The notes under the pieces: model-generated
Databases searched by the model: none
The model's input: only the letters and a program-made list of their open reading frames with translations
Told to the model about the DNA's origin: nothing
Assembly: GCA_030390025.1 (NCBI GenBank)
Contig: CM059432.1
Coordinates: forward strand, 28,336,001-28,400,000
Length of the DNA: 64,000 bases
Source: Squalus acanthias
Taxonomy: Eukaryota
Direction: 5' to 3'
Program-made: the position numbers and the translations under genes
In this document: positions 62,480 to 64,000 of the stretch, one piece after another
How the letters are laid out: every line of letters starts with the position of its first letter
Position numbering within the stretch: the first letter of the stretch is position 1

Positions 62480-63490
62480 ATTCATTCTTGGAATATGGGC
62501 ATCGCTGGCAAGGCCAGCATTTATTGTCAATTCCTAGTTGCCCTTGAGAAGGTGGTGGTGAGCTTTCTTCTTGAACTGCTGCAGCCATTGTGGTAAAGGT
62601 GCTCCCACTGTGCTGTTAGTGAGTTCCAGGATTTTGACCCAGTGACAAAGAACAGTGATATATATCCCAGTTGGGTTGATCAGTGACTTGAAGGGGAAGT
62701 TGGAGTTTCCAGTCATCTGCTGCTCTTCTAGGTGGTGGACGGCGTGGATTTGGGAAGAGCGGTCAAAGAAGCCTTGGTGACTCGCTGCAGTGCATCCTGT
62801 ATACAGTGCACACTCAAACCACGGTACACCGGTGGTGGAGGATGTGGATGTTTAAGCTGGTGGATGGGAATCAAGTGGACTGCTTTGTCCTGGATGGTTT
62901 CAAGCACCTGTAGTATTGTTACAGCCATCTAGGCAAGTGGGGAGTATTCCATCACACTCCTGACTTCTGTCTTGTAGGTGATGGAGAGGCTATGGGGAGT
63001 CAGGAGGTGATCCACTTGGTGTAGAATACCCAGACATTGACCTGCTCTAGTAGCCATGGCATTTATGAGACAGGTCCAGCTGAGTTTCTGGTCAATGGTG
63101 ACCCCCCCCAGGATGTTGATGGTGAGGAACTCTGCGATGGTAATGCCACTGAAACTCAAGGGGAGGTTGTTAAGCTCTCTCTTATTGGAAATAGTTATTG
63201 CCTGGCACTTGTGTGGCACGAATGCTACGTGCCACGTATCAGCCCAAGCCTAGATATTGTCCAGGTCTTGCTGCACACAGGCATGGATTGCTTCATTATC
63301 TGAGGAATTGAGAATGGAGCTGAACATTGTGCAATCATCAGCAAACAGCTTCATAGCTGACTTCATAATGGAGGGAAGGTCATTGTTGAAGCAGCTGAAG
63401 ATATATGGGCCTAGGACGCTGCCCTGAGAAACTGCTGTAGCGATGTCCTGTGGCTGAAATTATTGGCCTCCAAGGACCACAAACATCTTC
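62480..63490 (-). mobile_element. Degenerate CR1/L2-group LINE 3' fragment
   Basis: ORF 62929..63219 (ILGGVTIDQKLSW, VRSVMEYSPLA); 3' end shared with short copies at 10320-10430, 41790-42065, 45355-45425. Confidence 0.75.
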
Positions 63491-63499
63491 CTTTGCCCA

Positions 63500-64000
63500 T
63501 CTTTCCCGCAATTCCATGTTTGAATCCCTCCAATCAGGTTTCTGCCCTTGCCACAGTACCAAAACGGCTCTCATCAGTCACAAATGACATCCTCTGTGAC
63601 TGTGACAAAGATGAAGTATTCCTCCTTGTCCTTCGACACGGTTTACCACTCCATCCTTCCCCAACGCCTCTCCACCGTTGTCCAGCTGGGTGGGACTGCA
63701 CTCGCTTAGTTCCATTCTTATCTATCTAATCGTAGCCAGAAAATCACTTTCAACGACTTCTGTTCCCGCTCCCACATTGTTACCTCTGGTGTCCCCCAAG
63801 GATCTATCCTTGGCCTCCTCCTATTTCTCATCTACATGTTGCCCCTTGGTGACATCATCCAAAAACAGTGTCAGTTTCCACATGTACGCTGACGACACCC
63901 AGCTCTACCTCACTACCTCTTCTCTTGACTCCTCCACGGTCTCTAAATTATCAGACTTCTTGTCCGACATCCAGTTCTGCATGAGCAGAAATTTTCTCCA
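63500..64000 (+). mobile_element. L2-like LINE RT fragment, runs off the window end
   Basis: SGVPQGSILG.LLFLIYMLPLGDII and FHMYADDTQLY motifs readable at 63785-63910. Confidence 0.85.

Noticed and set aside
57600..64000. Exons of an upstream neighbour gene (PHF20L1 is adjacent in mammals)
   Set aside because: Only LINE and SINE remnants are visible; no supported exon

Overview
Eukaryotic, repeat-rich vertebrate DNA. The repeat complement (many CR1 LINEs, HE1-like V-SINE, Deu-domain SINEs, L2 tails, Penelope-like elements) points to a cartilaginous fish, probably a shark (inference). The window holds the promoter and coding exons 1-15 of thyroglobulin (TG) on the minus strand. ATG is at 57208 and exon 15 ends at 2830, so the gene continues past the window start. 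All introns are GT-AG, and the exons join by hand into one open frame of 3481 nt (about 1160 codons), with the hormonogenic Glu-Tyr24 conserved. Introns are filled with 5'-truncated CR1/L2 LINEs, SINEs, a family of GC-rich MITE-like elements and a 31-bp minisatellite. The most unusual signals are: (1) a young Penelope-like retroelement with an intact RT+GIY-YIG frame carrying a minimal type-I hammerhead ribozyme motif; (2) a related short copy with a compensated hammerhead lying in the sense of the TG pre-mRNA; (3) an inverted pair of near-identical MITEs bracketing in-frame exons 8-10. I see no wholly novel protein-coding system. Human TG numbers quoted are from memory and need checking.
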